A stretch of 64,000 nucleotides of DNA from Eledone cirrhosa (GCA_964016885.1 OZ024740.1:52328001-52392000), one strand, 5' to 3'; numbered from the stretch's first letter, positions 12,711-29,174 are shown. Notes: generated from the letters alone by a model not told the origin. Program-made: numbers and translations.

Positions 12711-13846
12711 ACATACTTGTATTACCCTCCCATTTCCAATTCACCGAACGCAGCTATCATGACTGTATGTGTGTGTTTGTGTAAATGTATATGTGTGAAT
12801 ATGTGTTTGTGTAAATGTATATGCGCGAACGTATGTGTATTTGTGTGAATGTATGTCCGTGACCGTTTATTTTTATAAGTTTGTGTTAACTATATATATA
12901 TATACTAGCTGAGCTACCCGGTGATACCCGGGTATTTTATGAAAGTTACAATATATTTGGCACACATTACAAAATATTTGACCATTCAAATATGATTGCT
13001 GAATTTTAACCAAAGTAGAAATTATAGCAGATATTTATTGCCGTTTGGTCAAAGTAAATCATTTAGATAAAAATATTATTTTTTTCCAGTGGGGATTTTT
13101 TTAATACTGCTCCCTATTACAGTCAGCATATATAATGCTTTACTCATAGATGAATCATTAGGTATGTTGTCAGTGAAAAGGGCATGACCAAAAAAGTACA
13201 TTTAGATTTTTTTTATTTATCCTTTTCTTTCTTTCTTTTTTTTTTTTTTTTTTTTTTTTCAATCTGAACCTCTGAAATTCAAACATGTAAAGACTAATTT
13301 AAAAACCATAAATAAAATAAGAAAATAAATTTAGCATTGGTTTATGATTGAATGAAGCATTTACTTTGGGAAAGTATATTTAAATTTGTACACTGTAGCT
13401 TTCACCAATCTTTGCCTCTATGGCAGTAGGATCTTGTTTGAGGGAGATTTGTTTTCTATTTCTATTAGCTATACCAACAGTTATAGTGGCTCACATGACA
13501 TACATAGATACATACACACACATGTATGTGTGTAAGACAGTTGTTTGTGATTTGAAATGGATTTTGCTAATATTTCTAGTAGATCGAGTTATCACATAGA
13601 ACCATTCCTTTTTGCTTCATACATATATACATACCTGAGAAAGTAAGGTGGGATTTGAAGGAAATTTGGCTGCTATTTCTACCCAACAGAGTCCTCACTT
13701 ATACTACTTTATATAGCAGAGGTACCTGGAAATGCCTGCATATTCTTCCAAAGTAACACCATGCAGTAAATTTGCGGCTTCAGAATTCCTTGCAAACTAC
13801 ATGACTAAGGAATTAGGATCTGTGTGTATTGTCATTGAATGAGGAA

Positions 13847-16800
13847 TTACGACATTGCTAATTCCAAAGCCTCTGGATAAACAATATTCTTGGTTTTGCC
13901 CTGTGGTGCCACAATGAAGAGACAATCAGGGTTCCCAACCCTTGTTGTGCCAACATAGAGTTGACCGTGTGAAAAGACAGGATCTGCCAGATTCAACCCA
14001 ACGACTTTCAATGATTGCCCTTGAGATTTATTAATGGTCATGGCAAAACTGAGTCTGATCGGAAATTGAAGTCTTTGAAATTCAAATGGCAAATCAGTTG
14101 GCTTCAGAGGTATTCTGGGAATAAAACAATTGTCACCAGAAAATCTTCCTAACAGGATTGCAACTTCTAAAACATTGGACATCATATTTTTGATGATGAG
14201 TTTTGTGCCATTACAAAGTTTTGGAGGATCCAGATTGCGAAGCAGCATAACCGATGCTCCAAGCTTCAGTATCAGGTTGTGTGGAGGAATTCCCGCTTGT
14301 TCAAAACTGTTTAAAAATTCAATTGGATAGTTTACAACCTGGTCTTGAGAAGTGATTGTGTCAATTGATTTGTAGCATATTTTCTCTCCCGGTAACATCT
14401 CCAGCAGCCTTCTGTTGATTTCTCTCCCAGCAACATTTTTAGGTGCTAAGATTGCTCATTCACAAACCCATTTCGGATCAAATTGCCAGGTCTGAATGCT
14501 TGGAAACAATCTAGCAATCAGTTCTTGTTCTGTGTCAATGATATGGCCAAATGACAACTGAATATGGTCATTGGAGTCTTTTTCAAGAAGTCCATTTCCC
14601 AATTTAAGTAGTTGGATGGCAAACTCACTGACACCTTCGTCACCAGTTAAGTACACTCGCATGTTGGTTGTAAAGCTCAGCAGCTGAAAGTGGGGCCAGA
14701 GATAGGATGTTTTCAGACAGGCATTGGCCTGATCAGCTCGAGTCCCTCGAAGAATTACAGGCAGAGTTTTCTGAAATCACCAGCAAGAACCATTGTCACT
14801 CCTCCCATTATGCAACTATTTTCTCTCAGATCCCTTATCGTCCGGTCCAAAGCTTCAATTGCTCCTTTATGGCTCATAGTAGCTTCATCTCAAATTATCA
14901 TCTTGCATGTTTGCAGAAGCTTGCCCTTGGGTGAGTTCTTCTTGATGTTGCAAAAAGATTGTTCATGCCGTGTAAGATCTATGGGCAGCTTAAACATGGA
15001 GTGTGCAGTTCTTCCGCCATCCAGAAGTGTTGCTGCAATGCCACTTGAAGCGACACCAAGGGCAATATGTTGCTTTTGGCGAACTTTTGCAAGCAGGAGG
15101 TTTATAAGGAATGTCTTGCCTGTGCCAGCAGGAGTATCGATGAAGAAAAGTCCTCCCCTGTCATTTTGAATGTTTTCGATGATGTTGTGGTAGGCGTATT
15201 TCTGGTCATCCATCAATCGAGGTTCATTTTCATCCCCAAACTTATGCAATGCTTGAATATCGTAGTTTGTCTCCTGAAAAATGTCTTGTGCTACCTCCAT
15301 TTCTCCATCTCGCTCTGGCATCTCGCAGTTAGCTAATGTGCTAGTCATTGCCTGAACTCGATGGGACAGATCACAGAGAGCTTGATTGTAAATCCTGGGG
15401 GTATATTCCATAAACATATTGCCATAATGTCTTCGGGCTAGGTGCAGATAGTCGTCCGACATAGTTTTTGTACTCCTGCCAGAGTAGATGAGCTTCATCA
15501 ATTCCACATGCTGTGAGCATAATAGCAAATAATTGTCTTATTTGACTGGCTACTTGAGTGATTGCTGCTTCTTCTAGGCACTTCTTCCAGTGTCCATTGT
15601 GATGCAGGAGTTCATGCTGTTTATATGCTTCTTGGTATGTTGCGCACTCCCTTCCTCTGAAGCACCTAAGATCCTCAAATGACGTTGGTCCTCGAACAGT
15701 ATGCAGAAGTAGCTGTAAATAAAAACAGTCTCTGTTGTTGGGATGGACATTGTAAACATGCCAAATAGCATCACTTGACTTGACTTCATGACCTTCCACT
15801 AAATGACCCTGCTTTCTTCGATTCCAGGTCTTGCAATTGGTCCAGGTGTAGTATGTTGGGACTTCAGCATATAGGAGGGATCGAGCAAATTCATCATTCT
15901 GGCAGAGTTTAAAGAAAGCAGTTAGTGTAGTGTCATGTGATACTTGTGCCAACTGATGAGCAGTGATCTCAGTGAAGTACATTCTCTGTCTATTTTCCAG
16001 ATGGACTGCGAGGTTGACCACTGTTGGGTGGCGTTGATGGATATCAAATCCAAAGATTCGCCAGATAGCTTCATTGCTGGAGATGTATCGACTTGTTTGA
16101 TACCGTTTGACCTCATCCAGCCCACCATCATTGAATTATTTGTCAGTAATAAAGGTAGCCATGTCACTGCTCTTGTTGATATATTTTGTGACATATAGGA
16201 TTGCCTTTACGGAGCGGCAATTCTCAACATTGATATGAGCTTTTAAAAGTTTACACAACAATTTGTTGTGTGGGACAACCCACTGATTGCTTATGGTCAG
16301 CTCCTCTCCTCGAACTGTTAGGCTTGCAGTATTGCCTCCATGTTCTGGACTACGCCTACGATAAAGGGGGTATCCATTATTGTCAGTCCGAGTTTCCCGA
16401 ATAAAAGCTCTAGGGTAATGTATGCTGCATTTTTGATCTTTCATACAGGGAAAGGCTGGATTGATGACTTCACATGGACCATGTAGAGTCCATGTGGAGT
16501 CATCAATCCAGCCTCTGTGTTTGGACTTGATGGTTTCAAAGAGCTCTGGATCACCACCTTTATCAAGCAACTCTGCTGAAATGATCTTATGAACATCATC
16601 TGGTCTTTTCTTCTTGCACCAGATTAGTGTGTGAGAGTGAGGAAAACCTCTCTTCTGCCACTCAATAGTGGTCATCCAAGCACTAAGCTCACAAAAGATT
16701 CTTCCTTCTTTTAGGAGCCAGATGAGTTTTTTTTTGCTTTTCATGTAAAACCCGAGCAATGAGGTCATGTCGATCCTTTGGTTTTTTTGATTTTGAAATA

Positions 16801-17730
16801 ATTCATTTAATATTTCTGACCAGTTGGAATTGCATGTAAATGTAATGAAGAGATCTGGCCAATCAAATTTTCTGATATAGGCCATTGCATCTTGCAACGT
16901 GGTCCTCCCGTGAAGCTTGATGGTAGTATGATTGGCTGGCCAATATTTCTTGGGTCAACATTAGAATTGATGGCATCTCTAAGGTGGATGTAGTTATCTT
17001 CCCTCAACTTAGTTTGATTCCTTCGCAGAAAACCGAATTTTCTGTTTCAATTTTGGCATACATGTCCACCATGAACTGGCTGGTTACTTCTTTGAATCGC
17101 AGAACTTGGTTGAAGTGATCACGTACCATGAAATGTTAAGCATAGAATTCTTTGCAGCTGATTGATCGGCCAGTTTCTTGTCCCGTTCCTGGGCTGATCT
17201 GCCGTAGCTGAAAATGATATCCATGTTAACCATTCCAAAAGATGAGCGGATATTGGATTGAATCATGAGCTTCACAAATTCGCTCCAAATATCCACTTCG
17301 TTTTTGCAAAACAATGTCACGCCGTTCATGCTGTTCATCAACAATTATGATTACAACTTCATCAGTGACAGGTGCATTGAATCTGCGTTCATGTTCTGAA
17401 GCTGGTCATTTGTCTGTCCTAATGATGATTTTACGATCTCTGGTGTTGTTCATATACTCCAGTGCATATTTAAATACACTGACGTACATGTGATGTTGGT
17501 GAAGCATTTCGTCCGATTTGCTGCTGTTCCTTAATTTGTTGTTCTCGTGTAGCAACAGTCCTTTGTTCCCTTTCATCCAAACGGTGTGCTCGTGCTAAAG
17601 CTGTTTGGGCTGCGTTAGCAGCTAGACGGGCATGCCGAACTTCTTCACTTTCTTCAGATCGCTGTGTTTTCTTTCTCTTGGCCTCTGAAGATGACATTCC
17701 ATATAATGATCTGGAACGTTTTCTAGGCAT
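13847..17730 (-). pseudogene. Helitron RepHel (HUH Rep plus Pif1-like SF1 helicase), frameshifted
   Basis: LPSSFTGGPR, PDLFITFTCN, EWQKRGFPHSH, YVTKY (Rep); GTGKTF, ASSGIAATLL..GRTAHS, QFPIRLSFAMTINKSQGQS, HGQLYV (helicase); probable start MPRKRS at 17730. Confidence 0.93.
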
Positions 17731-17754
17731 TTGAAGTGATATTACACACCACAC

Positions 17755-17819
17755 GATAAAATAAAGTACCAGTAATGAACTGGAATAATTGCTGGCCTTG
17801 TGCCAAAAGTAGAAACAAT
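17755..17819 (+). mobile_element. 5'-truncated SINE family 1 inserted just upstream of the Helitron ATG
   Basis: SINE 3' tail; 15-bp TSD tattacacaccacac at 17740-17754 and 17820-17834. Confidence 0.88.
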
Positions 17820-17963
17820 TATTACACACCACACTCTTTCCGAAATAGAAACAACTATAGAATGTATTGTTCACTCAGTAAAGTTGTTTTAAAGGATCTC
17901 TTTATATGAATGTATATTAGGTGTAATTAATTTTAGACATATGTAGAAATTATTGGGACTTCA

Positions 17964-18251
17964 GAAAAAAAGATGAAATCGAAAATGCAACTGGAGTCTT
18001 ATTTTGAAAAATATATATATATTTATTTGGTTCCTTTACCGGTTTCGCAGTTCTTCTGCTTTTCAAAAGTAGAGTTGAGATGGAGGCTCTGTGGTTTTTC
18101 TCACATCATACATATGTGAGAAAAACCACAGATCCTCCATCTCAATTCTACTTTTGAAAAGCAGAAGAACTGCGAAACCGGTAAAGGAACCAAATAAATA
18201 TATATTTTTTTTAAATAAGACTCCAGTTGCATTTTCGATTTCATCTTTTTT

Positions 18252-18253
<2 letters not shown>
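17964..18253. mobile_element. Fold-back non-coding PLE-like element, family A, with one hammerhead per arm
   Basis: ~140-bp inverted arms around ~18108; second copy at 20948-21305. Confidence 0.8.
18146..18189 (+). ncRNA. Minimal type I hammerhead ribozyme with U3-A8 core (mirror copy 18031-18074, minus)
   Basis: ttc-ta-ctt UUGAAAA gcag-aagaa-ctgc GAAA ccgg UA aaggaa; palindromic stem III. Confidence 0.7.
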
Positions 18254-18286
<33 letters not shown>

Positions 18287-18367
18287 ATAATTAATTTTAC
18301 CAGTGGTTTCCTGAAGACAGATATAAATATCTGTTTTCATGAAACCACTGGTAAATGAATTAATTAT
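18287..18367. repeat. 80-bp fold-back, probably an inverted PLE terminus
   Basis: tttaccagtggtttc..acagat / atctgt..gaaaccactggtaaa. Confidence 0.65.
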
Positions 18368-18451
18368 GTTGTTTATTACATAACTAAAACGCTCTGTAGC
18401 CTACATAGAATACTCTCTTTTCCTTTACCTTTCCTACGGAAATACTTCATT

Positions 18452-20160
<1,709 letters not shown>

Positions 20161-20758
20161 TGATTACAAATGTCAATTTTTGGAGAAATATAGGGGACTG
20201 AAAATGTGAGAGAAAATTGATGAAATAACTTAGTGGTATATTATATGATCAAAGAGTACGATAGTCCAGATTGCCTCCAGAATACAACAAGTAAAAGTTC
20301 AGATTATACTTCAAAATGCCACGGTATAGAATATACGGAAAAGAAGCAGCTAGAAGTGGGGAAAGAATTCAATATCGTAATCAGTGGCGTGCTTTTAAAA
20401 TTTTGGACTAATATTTCCGTAGTTATTTCTTTATAGATGAAGGAAAAGTAAAAAAAGTATGTATAGCATTATCAAATTCAGTTTGATAATATTAAAGTAA
20501 CACGCACACACATACATTTGTACACCCCCCACACACACACACACATACACATACAGATACACACGCCTACATATATAATTGTGTTTGTATTTGTTTGCGT
20601 ATGTGTGTGCGTGTGTGTGTTAGTTTTTGCCAATGTGTCTGAGAAATATGACAACCGTAGATTAGACTCGACACACTTCTAATATACTGGTGTAGTGAGC
20701 ACTTTTAAATTCTGGTACCACAAAGTAAGGAGATGGATTATATATATATATTTATTTG

Positions 20759-20887
20759 TTATAAGAACAAATTAAAATTTGAGCAAAGAATCACTGCTTT
20801 CACCCTTAGCGGATCTTCTGAGGCTCAGAAGATCCGTTAAGGGTGAAAGCAGTGATTCTTTGCTTTAACCTTAATCTGTTCTTATAA
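20759..20887. mobile_element. Fold-back derived from the 3' terminus of the PLE at 24625-26302
   Basis: Arms match gcaaagaatc.ctgctttcaccctta.cggatcttctga at 24651-24690. Confidence 0.75.
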
Positions 20888-20904
20888 TATATATTTGCTC
20901 TACA

Positions 20905-20947
<43 letters not shown>

Positions 20948-20948
<1 letters not shown>

Positions 20949-21305
20949 GAAAAAAAGATGAAATCGAAAATGCAACTGGAGTCTTATTTTATAAAAAAAA
21001 AATATATTTATTTGCTTCCTTTACCGGTTTCGCAGTTCTTCTGCTTTTCAAAAGTAGAATTGAGATGGAGGATCTGTGGTTTTTCTCACATCTGATGTGA
21101 GAAAAACCACAGACCCGCCGTCTCAATTCTACTTTTGAAAAGCAGAAGAACTGCGAAACCGGTAAAGGAACCAAATAAATATATATATTTTTTTTAAAAT
21201 AAAACTCCAGTTGCATTTTCGATTTCATCTTTTTTTCTTTATACTTTCACTCTTGTAGGACACCTCGATTATTTTTCATTTTGTAAAACTATCCTCACTT
21301 TCTAA
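20948..21305. mobile_element. Fold-back family A, second copy, hammerheads at 21127-21170 (+) and 21016-21059 (-)
   Basis: Near-identical to 17964-18253; right arm has an extra tail also found alone at 41568-41610 (minus). Confidence 0.8.
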
Positions 21306-21324
21306 TATATATATATATATATAA

Positions 21325-21411
<87 letters not shown>

Positions 21412-21509
21412 TAGATAGATAGATAGATAGACAGATATAGATATAGATATATATAATCCTTATCGAGCCCTCTTCGGATTTTAGTCTTCACGTATATATA
21501 TATATACAA

Positions 21510-22224
21510 CTAGCTGACGTACCCGGCTTCGCCCGGAAGAACAGTTAAGAGAAGACGGATAAAAGAAAAAATGACTGTATTGGATGTGTTGTCTGGTATA
21601 TGTTGTCTGACCGTAATGTGTCTGTGAGAGAGAAAAAACAATAATAAAACTTCCTTATTAGGCTGGGGGCAGTAAACTGTCGATTAAATGGTAGCATTGG
21701 CTTTGAAATTTTAAATGTTGTGAAATAACCATAGTCAGAATGATCTTTTTCAGCTCCAAAGGACGTCATCTGAAACACAGCAATATTCTACATAACATTG
21801 CTTCTGAAGTGTTTCACTTCGTTAGTACGGTCTGTAAGTAGTATATGGATAACATTTCAAATAGTATCACATATTTCTTTGTTTTGTAAAATCAAAGACT
21901 TTATAAAAGCTAACGCAATATTGTTAAACATTCAACTGATACTAGACTTTAAGCCGATTATAGACTTTTGTGGGACTTCTCTCTGTCTCTCTCTGAATAT
22001 CTAACACTTTAATTGTATCTCTCTGTATAACGGCCCATCTCTCTCTTTCTGCCTCTCCCTCTGTCTGTATGTCTGTCTGTCTCTCTCTCTCTCATTGTCT
22101 TTAGATGTGTGTATATGTATTTGTGTGAGCGTGTGTATCTGTGAGTGTGTGTGTGTAGTTTTCGTATGATTCAACCAACCAACCAGCTAACCAATCAACA
22201 TCTTTCTTTTATATTATATATAGA
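21510..22224 (-). mobile_element. Complete non-autonomous Helitron (715 bp)
   Basis: A|TCTATATA 5' end, ccgggcgaagccggg hairpin, CTAG|T 3' end; internal remnant FQMTSFGA..TFKI of the Helitron N-terminal region. Confidence 0.88.
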
Positions 22225-22423
22225 TAACTGCACCGTACAGAAAATTATAATTATATAACAGGGCGTATAAGCCCTTAGCATGTTAATGCACATTTTTTCC
22301 ATTCTAGAGGCTTATAGGCCCGGTTATTTCTAAGACTATTTTCTGTTGTAGAAAAATACAGCCAATTCAATTTTCAAATTCCACCGCCGAATTCTAATCA
22401 CATGATGTTATATACATTCAACA

Positions 22424-22613
22424 AGGGCGGTGGATTGGCGATATCGGTAGAGAGTCGGACACCATGCTTAGCAGCATAGAGTTACGGCACTTTACGCTGT
22501 GAGTTCAAATCCCGCCGAGGTTAACTTTGCCTTTCATCCTTACGGGGTCGATAAAATAAAGTACCAGTAATGCACTGGGTAATTTCTGGCCTTGTGCCAA
22601 AAGTAGAAACAAT
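22424..22613 (+). mobile_element. SINE family 1, full length
   Basis: High identity to 4766-4950. Confidence 0.92.
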
Positions 22614-22637
22614 TATATATATATATATATATATATG

Positions 22638-22790
22638 GTATTAGTAATGGCCCGCTGAAATAGCGATGTATACACGAATGCATGTATAGTATACTTGGCA
22701 ATATACTGTATGTTTAATTAAAAACATTTTGAAGACCATTCACTATCAGTTTTAAAGTAGTGTCTATGTCACTTACTTATTCTCGGCAAA

Positions 22791-22795
<5 letters not shown>
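22638..22795 (-). mobile_element. Fragment of retrozyme-like family F (intron-like part)
   Basis: Matches ctgaaatagcgatgtatac..ttaattaaaaacattttgaag..gtcacttactt at 58760-58950. Confidence 0.75.
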
Positions 22796-22851
<56 letters not shown>

Positions 22852-23081
22852 TGTGTGTGTGTATGTGAGGGTTACCGATTCAAGTACAAATTAACGTAAA
22901 AACTAATCACCACAATATTAATAGTTTAAACCTTTTTCTCTGTCAATATTGGTTTCATATTGATTTCACATCTACTACACCAACAGTAATGCAAGATTAA
23001 GCCTATGTATGTACATACATATATACTTATACCTACATACATATGTTTATACCTACATACATGTACACACACATATATACA

Positions 23082-23691
23082 CATGGTGGCTGCCAACTCG
23101 TTTTCGAGTACGGCCACTACTTTATATCCATGTAGGAGAACCCCTACCGATGCGCTGAACAAGTGTGACTTGTTAGTCCAGCCAGCGACTTGAAAACTCT
23201 GGTACAAACACTACACTTGTGACAATTATTGACACATAGTGCAGGGCCCATGGTACCATGTGACGACAAGTGCAGAGAGATCTCCAGATATAAAGCAATG
23301 CCTGTGCCGTGAAGCTTTTATAGTGAGCAAAGGCACTGCACAAAGCCAGTCCCACTCTCTTAACCAAGATGATATTTACCAAAATGTAGAACAAGACAAC
23401 ATCATTGGATACCATCAGGGTTGCAGGTGTTATATTAGAGTTTTCTTTCCCTAGAATTATGCCTTGACAAAGGCTAAGGGGTCATCTCTCCCGGTGATTT
23501 TGGATGGCCATTGACTCTTAAGAGCTCCTTTGCCCTTTGACAGGTTTTGTTTTTAGTCCTGCAGGATGTCCAAAGTCACCCTCCTCACCAAGAAACCTTG
23601 GTGGGGTTGTCAGTTTAGTCTCCAACGACCCGACCATGAGACAGGTTGTACTGGGATACATGTTACTAGTAGCACCAACTGGTGACCTGAC
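23082..23691 (-). mobile_element. Non-autonomous bipartite RTE derivative, full length
   Basis: Near-identical to 7098-7710. Confidence 0.85.
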
Positions 23692-23933
23692 ATATATATA
23701 TATATATATATATACATATATATACATACATATATATATACATATACATATATATATACATATACATATATATATATATATAAATATATATATACATATA
23801 TATATACACATATATATATACACATATATATATACACATATATATATACATATATATATATACACATACACACATACACATATATATACATATATATATA
23901 CACATATATATACATATATATATATACACACAC

Positions 23934-23966
<33 letters not shown>

Positions 23967-23973
23967 CATATAT

Positions 23974-24184
23974 ATGGTGGCTGCCAACTCGTTTTCGAGT
24001 ACAGCCACTACTTTATATCCATGTAGGAGAACCCGTACCGATGCGCTGAACGAGTGTAACTTTTTAGTCCAGCCAGCGACTTGAAAACTCTGGTACAAAC
24101 ACTACACATGTGACAATTATTGACACATAGTGCTGGGCCCATGGTACCATGTGACGACAAGTAGCACCCACTGGTGACCTGACA
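23974..24184 (-). mobile_element. Internally deleted RTE derivative retaining both termini (~210 bp)
   Basis: 3' part joined at gacaagt|agcacc to the terminal ~25 bp of the 5' end. Confidence 0.8.
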
Positions 24185-24238
24185 TATATGTATATATATA
24201 TATATACATATATATACATACATATACATATATATACC

Positions 24239-24333
<95 letters not shown>

Positions 24334-24517
24334 ATATACATATATATATATAGTTTACTGTGTTTCTTACTATATATTATTAATCGGCTCAGTATTTTAT
24401 ACTTGGAGCTTAATAGTTACAGGGTTCCAATTGGAGTTTTAACTCTAATTTTCATATATATATACATATATATATATACATATATATACATACATATACA
24501 TATATATACCTATATAC

Positions 24518-24550
<33 letters not shown>

Positions 24551-24624
24551 CATATATATACATATATATATATATATACATATATATACATATATATATA
24601 TATATACATATATATACATATATT

Positions 24625-26302
24625 TATTAAAATAACAGATTAAAGTTTAAGCAAAGAATCGCTGCTTTCACCCTTAACGGGATCTTCTGAAACTAACAAA
24701 GTCAATCTGTAAACGCAGAACTGGATATTTCAAAAAACGTTGCAACCGGAGGAAGACAGGAAGACGATACTTTGGTTCGTGGAAACGTTCGCTGGCTAAG
24801 AACGGGAAAAAACGAATATAATACGTCATTAATAGGAGCGGTGAAAAACAATTACGCGCAAAGACAGAACCACGTTTATGGTATAAAAGAGGTCGTAGAC
24901 TAATGTTCTCTTAGGTGGTTCATAGAAACGTTCTCTGGCAATGAACGAAAAAAACGAAGATAATACGTCATATGTAGAGCGTAGAGAACAATAGCACGCA
25001 AAGACAAAACCACGTAAATGGTATAGCAGAAGTCGTAGACTAAAATTCTAACTGGGAGACCGAATGAATCTCCGCTACAGAGTTAAGAACAAAGTAAATA
25101 AATACAATACAGAAGTAATAGAAATAAATAAATACATACACGCAAAACAAATACGTACATACACAAGTATACGCAAAACACTTACCATAGGTATACAAAA
25201 CCACGCACATATAAATATGTGTGTGTGTGTATGAGTGTATACGAATAAATAAATAATTATATAAACGTATATAAATAAATAAATACGTATATAACAAGCG
25301 CACAGACATATCTACATGTAATACACGAATGTTCGGAGACGTAAGTCAACCAAAACATGAAGTACACATATACACACGCCCTACATACGTACGAACCTGC
25401 ATACTCACACAGACGCAAAACTCCCGTATACACATAGCCAAACCATATGTACCAGAATATATAAAATTATACGCCATAACATAAACAATCAAATATACGT
25501 ACGAGAAGGGATACGTACCTTCACAAAACATACGGGTAAAATATACTTACCTATGCAAATAAGTAATGGTATAAAGAAAACATATACTTAGCTCCCACAT
25601 CAAGACGTAAAATATCCACGTATAAAAGGTACTATCCGTTAGGGTATAACGTGGGGCTGTAATACAGGAAAGTTTTGTGCAATTTATGTTTACAAGCCGA
25701 AATTGCCTCAGATTTTTTGTTTAAGATGTGGTCTGTGGCGTAGAGTATTTCCAGGGCCTCAGTGGCGCAGAGGTCACATGGTCTTTTATTTCCGTTATAT
25801 GATCTAGCCCTAGCTAGGATCACCCAGTGTAACTTATATTGGGTGTGGTTGTCTTTTAGAGTCCAGATATAAGCTGAAAGTGACGTCATATTCCTTCTTA
25901 GAGGGTAACGAAAAAAATGGGTATGCATGTAAGACGCTGCTTGAATCTATTGGCGGTTAACTTATGTAGGCCCTACGGGACGTGGGTGTTACAACCTTAC
26001 ATTTGTAGACAATGTTACTAGAGGCATTTCCCGGATAGGGGGCAATCAACCTGATTCCTACAATTACAGTTAGTACTAACTACAGGGCTGCACGTGTTCC
26101 TACGGCTAGGTATTTTAGCTAAATTTGAAGCTATGATGTTATGTGCAAGGTTAGGAGTCGTAGAGTAAGAAATTTTAATAGTATTTCTATTAAAAATTTT
26201 ACTATATTTATGTGTAGGGGGAAAATGCTTTGTAATAAGGGAAAGAAAGATCTTAGCTAATGGTGTGACCACCTCCATATTATATGGTGGGTTATACCAA
26301 CA
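24625..26302 (-). mobile_element. 5'-truncated, decayed Naiad-type Penelope-like element (linker, GIY-YIG remnant, 3' UTR)
   Basis: [48 protein letters not shown]; two ~130-bp repeats at 24773-25043. Confidence 0.88.
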
Positions 26303-27562
<1,260 letters not shown>

Positions 27563-27564
<2 letters not shown>

Positions 27565-27834
27565 AGTATGTATACGTACATACATATATGTATACAGACG
27601 TACAGTAGTATGTATATATATATATATATACATACATGCACACATATATAAATGTACGTATGGATTCACCGAATATTTATTATAATGCTCGGTGGGTTTG
27701 TAAACAAACATCCCGAATTAAGCCGTACAGTGTCTAGCAACCATCGTTGCTCATTTGTTCAACACTGACAAAGGAATGCTGTACTAGTTTCAAGCTTATT
27801 AGAGTGAGAAATGAAATTTCGTTTCATTTTTTCC

Positions 27835-27839
<5 letters not shown>
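27563..27839 (-). mobile_element. Retrozyme-like family E, truncated in the hammerhead loop with an inverted terminus (duplicate at 29982-30255)
   Basis: Matches 38209-38443, then inverted agagtgagaaatgaaatttcgtttcattttttccgttta. Confidence 0.8.
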
Positions 27840-27875
<36 letters not shown>

Positions 27876-27904
27876 TATACATACATATATATATACATAT
27901 ATAG

Positions 27905-27969
<65 letters not shown>

Positions 27970-28396
27970 CATATACATATATATATATACATATATATAT
28001 AATATACATATACATATATATATATACATATATATATAATATACATATACATATATATATATACATATATATATAATATACATATACATATATATATACA
28101 TATATATATATATACATATTGTTATACTTTGGGAGGGTCATGTTGCCAATAAGAAACACACGCAGCAGTTGCTTTCACTTCAATTTATTATATATTTATA
28201 AATTTATAAATTTACAAATCTACAAACTTATAAATTTCTGGTTGGTTGGTTGGTTCCACAACCAGATAGTTGTTTATATATATAGTCATAGTCCTTTCGT
28301 CACACACTCTGTGACCTCTTCAGTGACTGGGGATTCCTTTCTTCGTTTCTGTACCTTTTCTTTCTTCTATCCTACGCCATTTTGTTTCTCAGAAGA

Positions 28397-29045
28397 GAAA
28401 TTAAAAATTAGAATTGAAGCTCTGAAATAGCAATATAAATATGGATGTATATATAATGTATTTTGCAATACACTTTATGCTTAATTAAAAGCATTTTGAA
28501 GACCGTAAGCTATTGTTTTAAAGTAGTGACAAATTCACTCACTTTGATCTCAGCAAACAGGGGAGATAAGCCGACAAGACTTGTTTCGCTTTGGTTGAAG
28601 CTTATCAAGGCCAACTACCCCACCTGCTGAGATCATTGATGTTATATTCTTATAGAAATCTAGTAAATAATCAGGAGCTGATTATGCTGAGAGGTTGTTG
28701 CAAAATACATTATATATACATCCATATATATATTGCTATTTCAGAGCTCCAATTCTAATTTTTAATTTCTGCCTGACCAACAACCGCTCTGCATAATCAG
28801 CTCCTGATTATTTACTAGATTTCTATAAGAATATAACATCAATGATATCAGCAAACAGGTGGGGTAGTTGGCCTTGATAAGCTTCAACCAAAGCGAAACA
28901 AGTCTTGTCGGCTTATCTCTCCTGTTTGCTGAGATCAAAGTGAGTGAATTTGTCACTACTTTAAAACAATAGCTTACGGTCTTCAAAAGGCTTTTAATTA
29001 AGCATAAAGTGTATTGCAAAATACATTATATATACATCCTTATAT
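28397..29045. mobile_element. Retrozyme-like family F (316-nt unit), head-to-head inverted pair (duplicate at 30848-31496)
   Basis: caaaatacattatatatacatcc repeated at 28701 and 29017; left half is the reverse complement of the unit. Confidence 0.85.
28870..28913 (+). ncRNA. Type I hammerhead ribozyme, U3-A8 core (copies 28569-28612 -, 31020-31063 -, 31321-31364 +)
   Basis: ggcc UUGAUAA gcuu-caacca-aagc GAAA caag-u-cuug UC ggcu; stem I extended by tcagcaaacagg/cctgtttgctga. Confidence 0.82.
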
Positions 29046-29174
29046 TTAAATGTTTTACATATATATACATACATATATACATATATACATATATATATAT
29101 ACATATATATATATACATACATATATATACATATATATACATACATATATATACATATATATATACATATATAC

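Larger units (their letters stand above)
12905..17960 (-). mobile_element. Decayed autonomous Helitron; 5' end unresolved (possibly TC at 18287)
   Basis: 3' CTAG|T at 12905 with hairpin acccgg-tgatac-ccgggt just inside; Rep and Pif1 helicase remnants. Confidence 0.9.

Noticed and set aside
11301-12880. Non-autonomous Helitron hosting the RTE and CRE fragments
   Set aside because: CTAG end is present but hairpin and 5' TC terminus cannot be established
20233-20730. Possible host exons
   Set aside because: No recognisable protein; the candidate exon at 20623-20724 has stops in all frames
22228-22415. Imperfect inverted repeat ataacagggcgtataagcc/ggcttataggcccggttat
   Set aside because: Single short copy, no TSD or family assignment possible
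24655-24700. Hammerhead at the end of the third Penelope element and in the 20.8-kb fold-back
   Set aside because: Core is CAGAAGA and no proper stem III, UH site or stem I; at best degenerate
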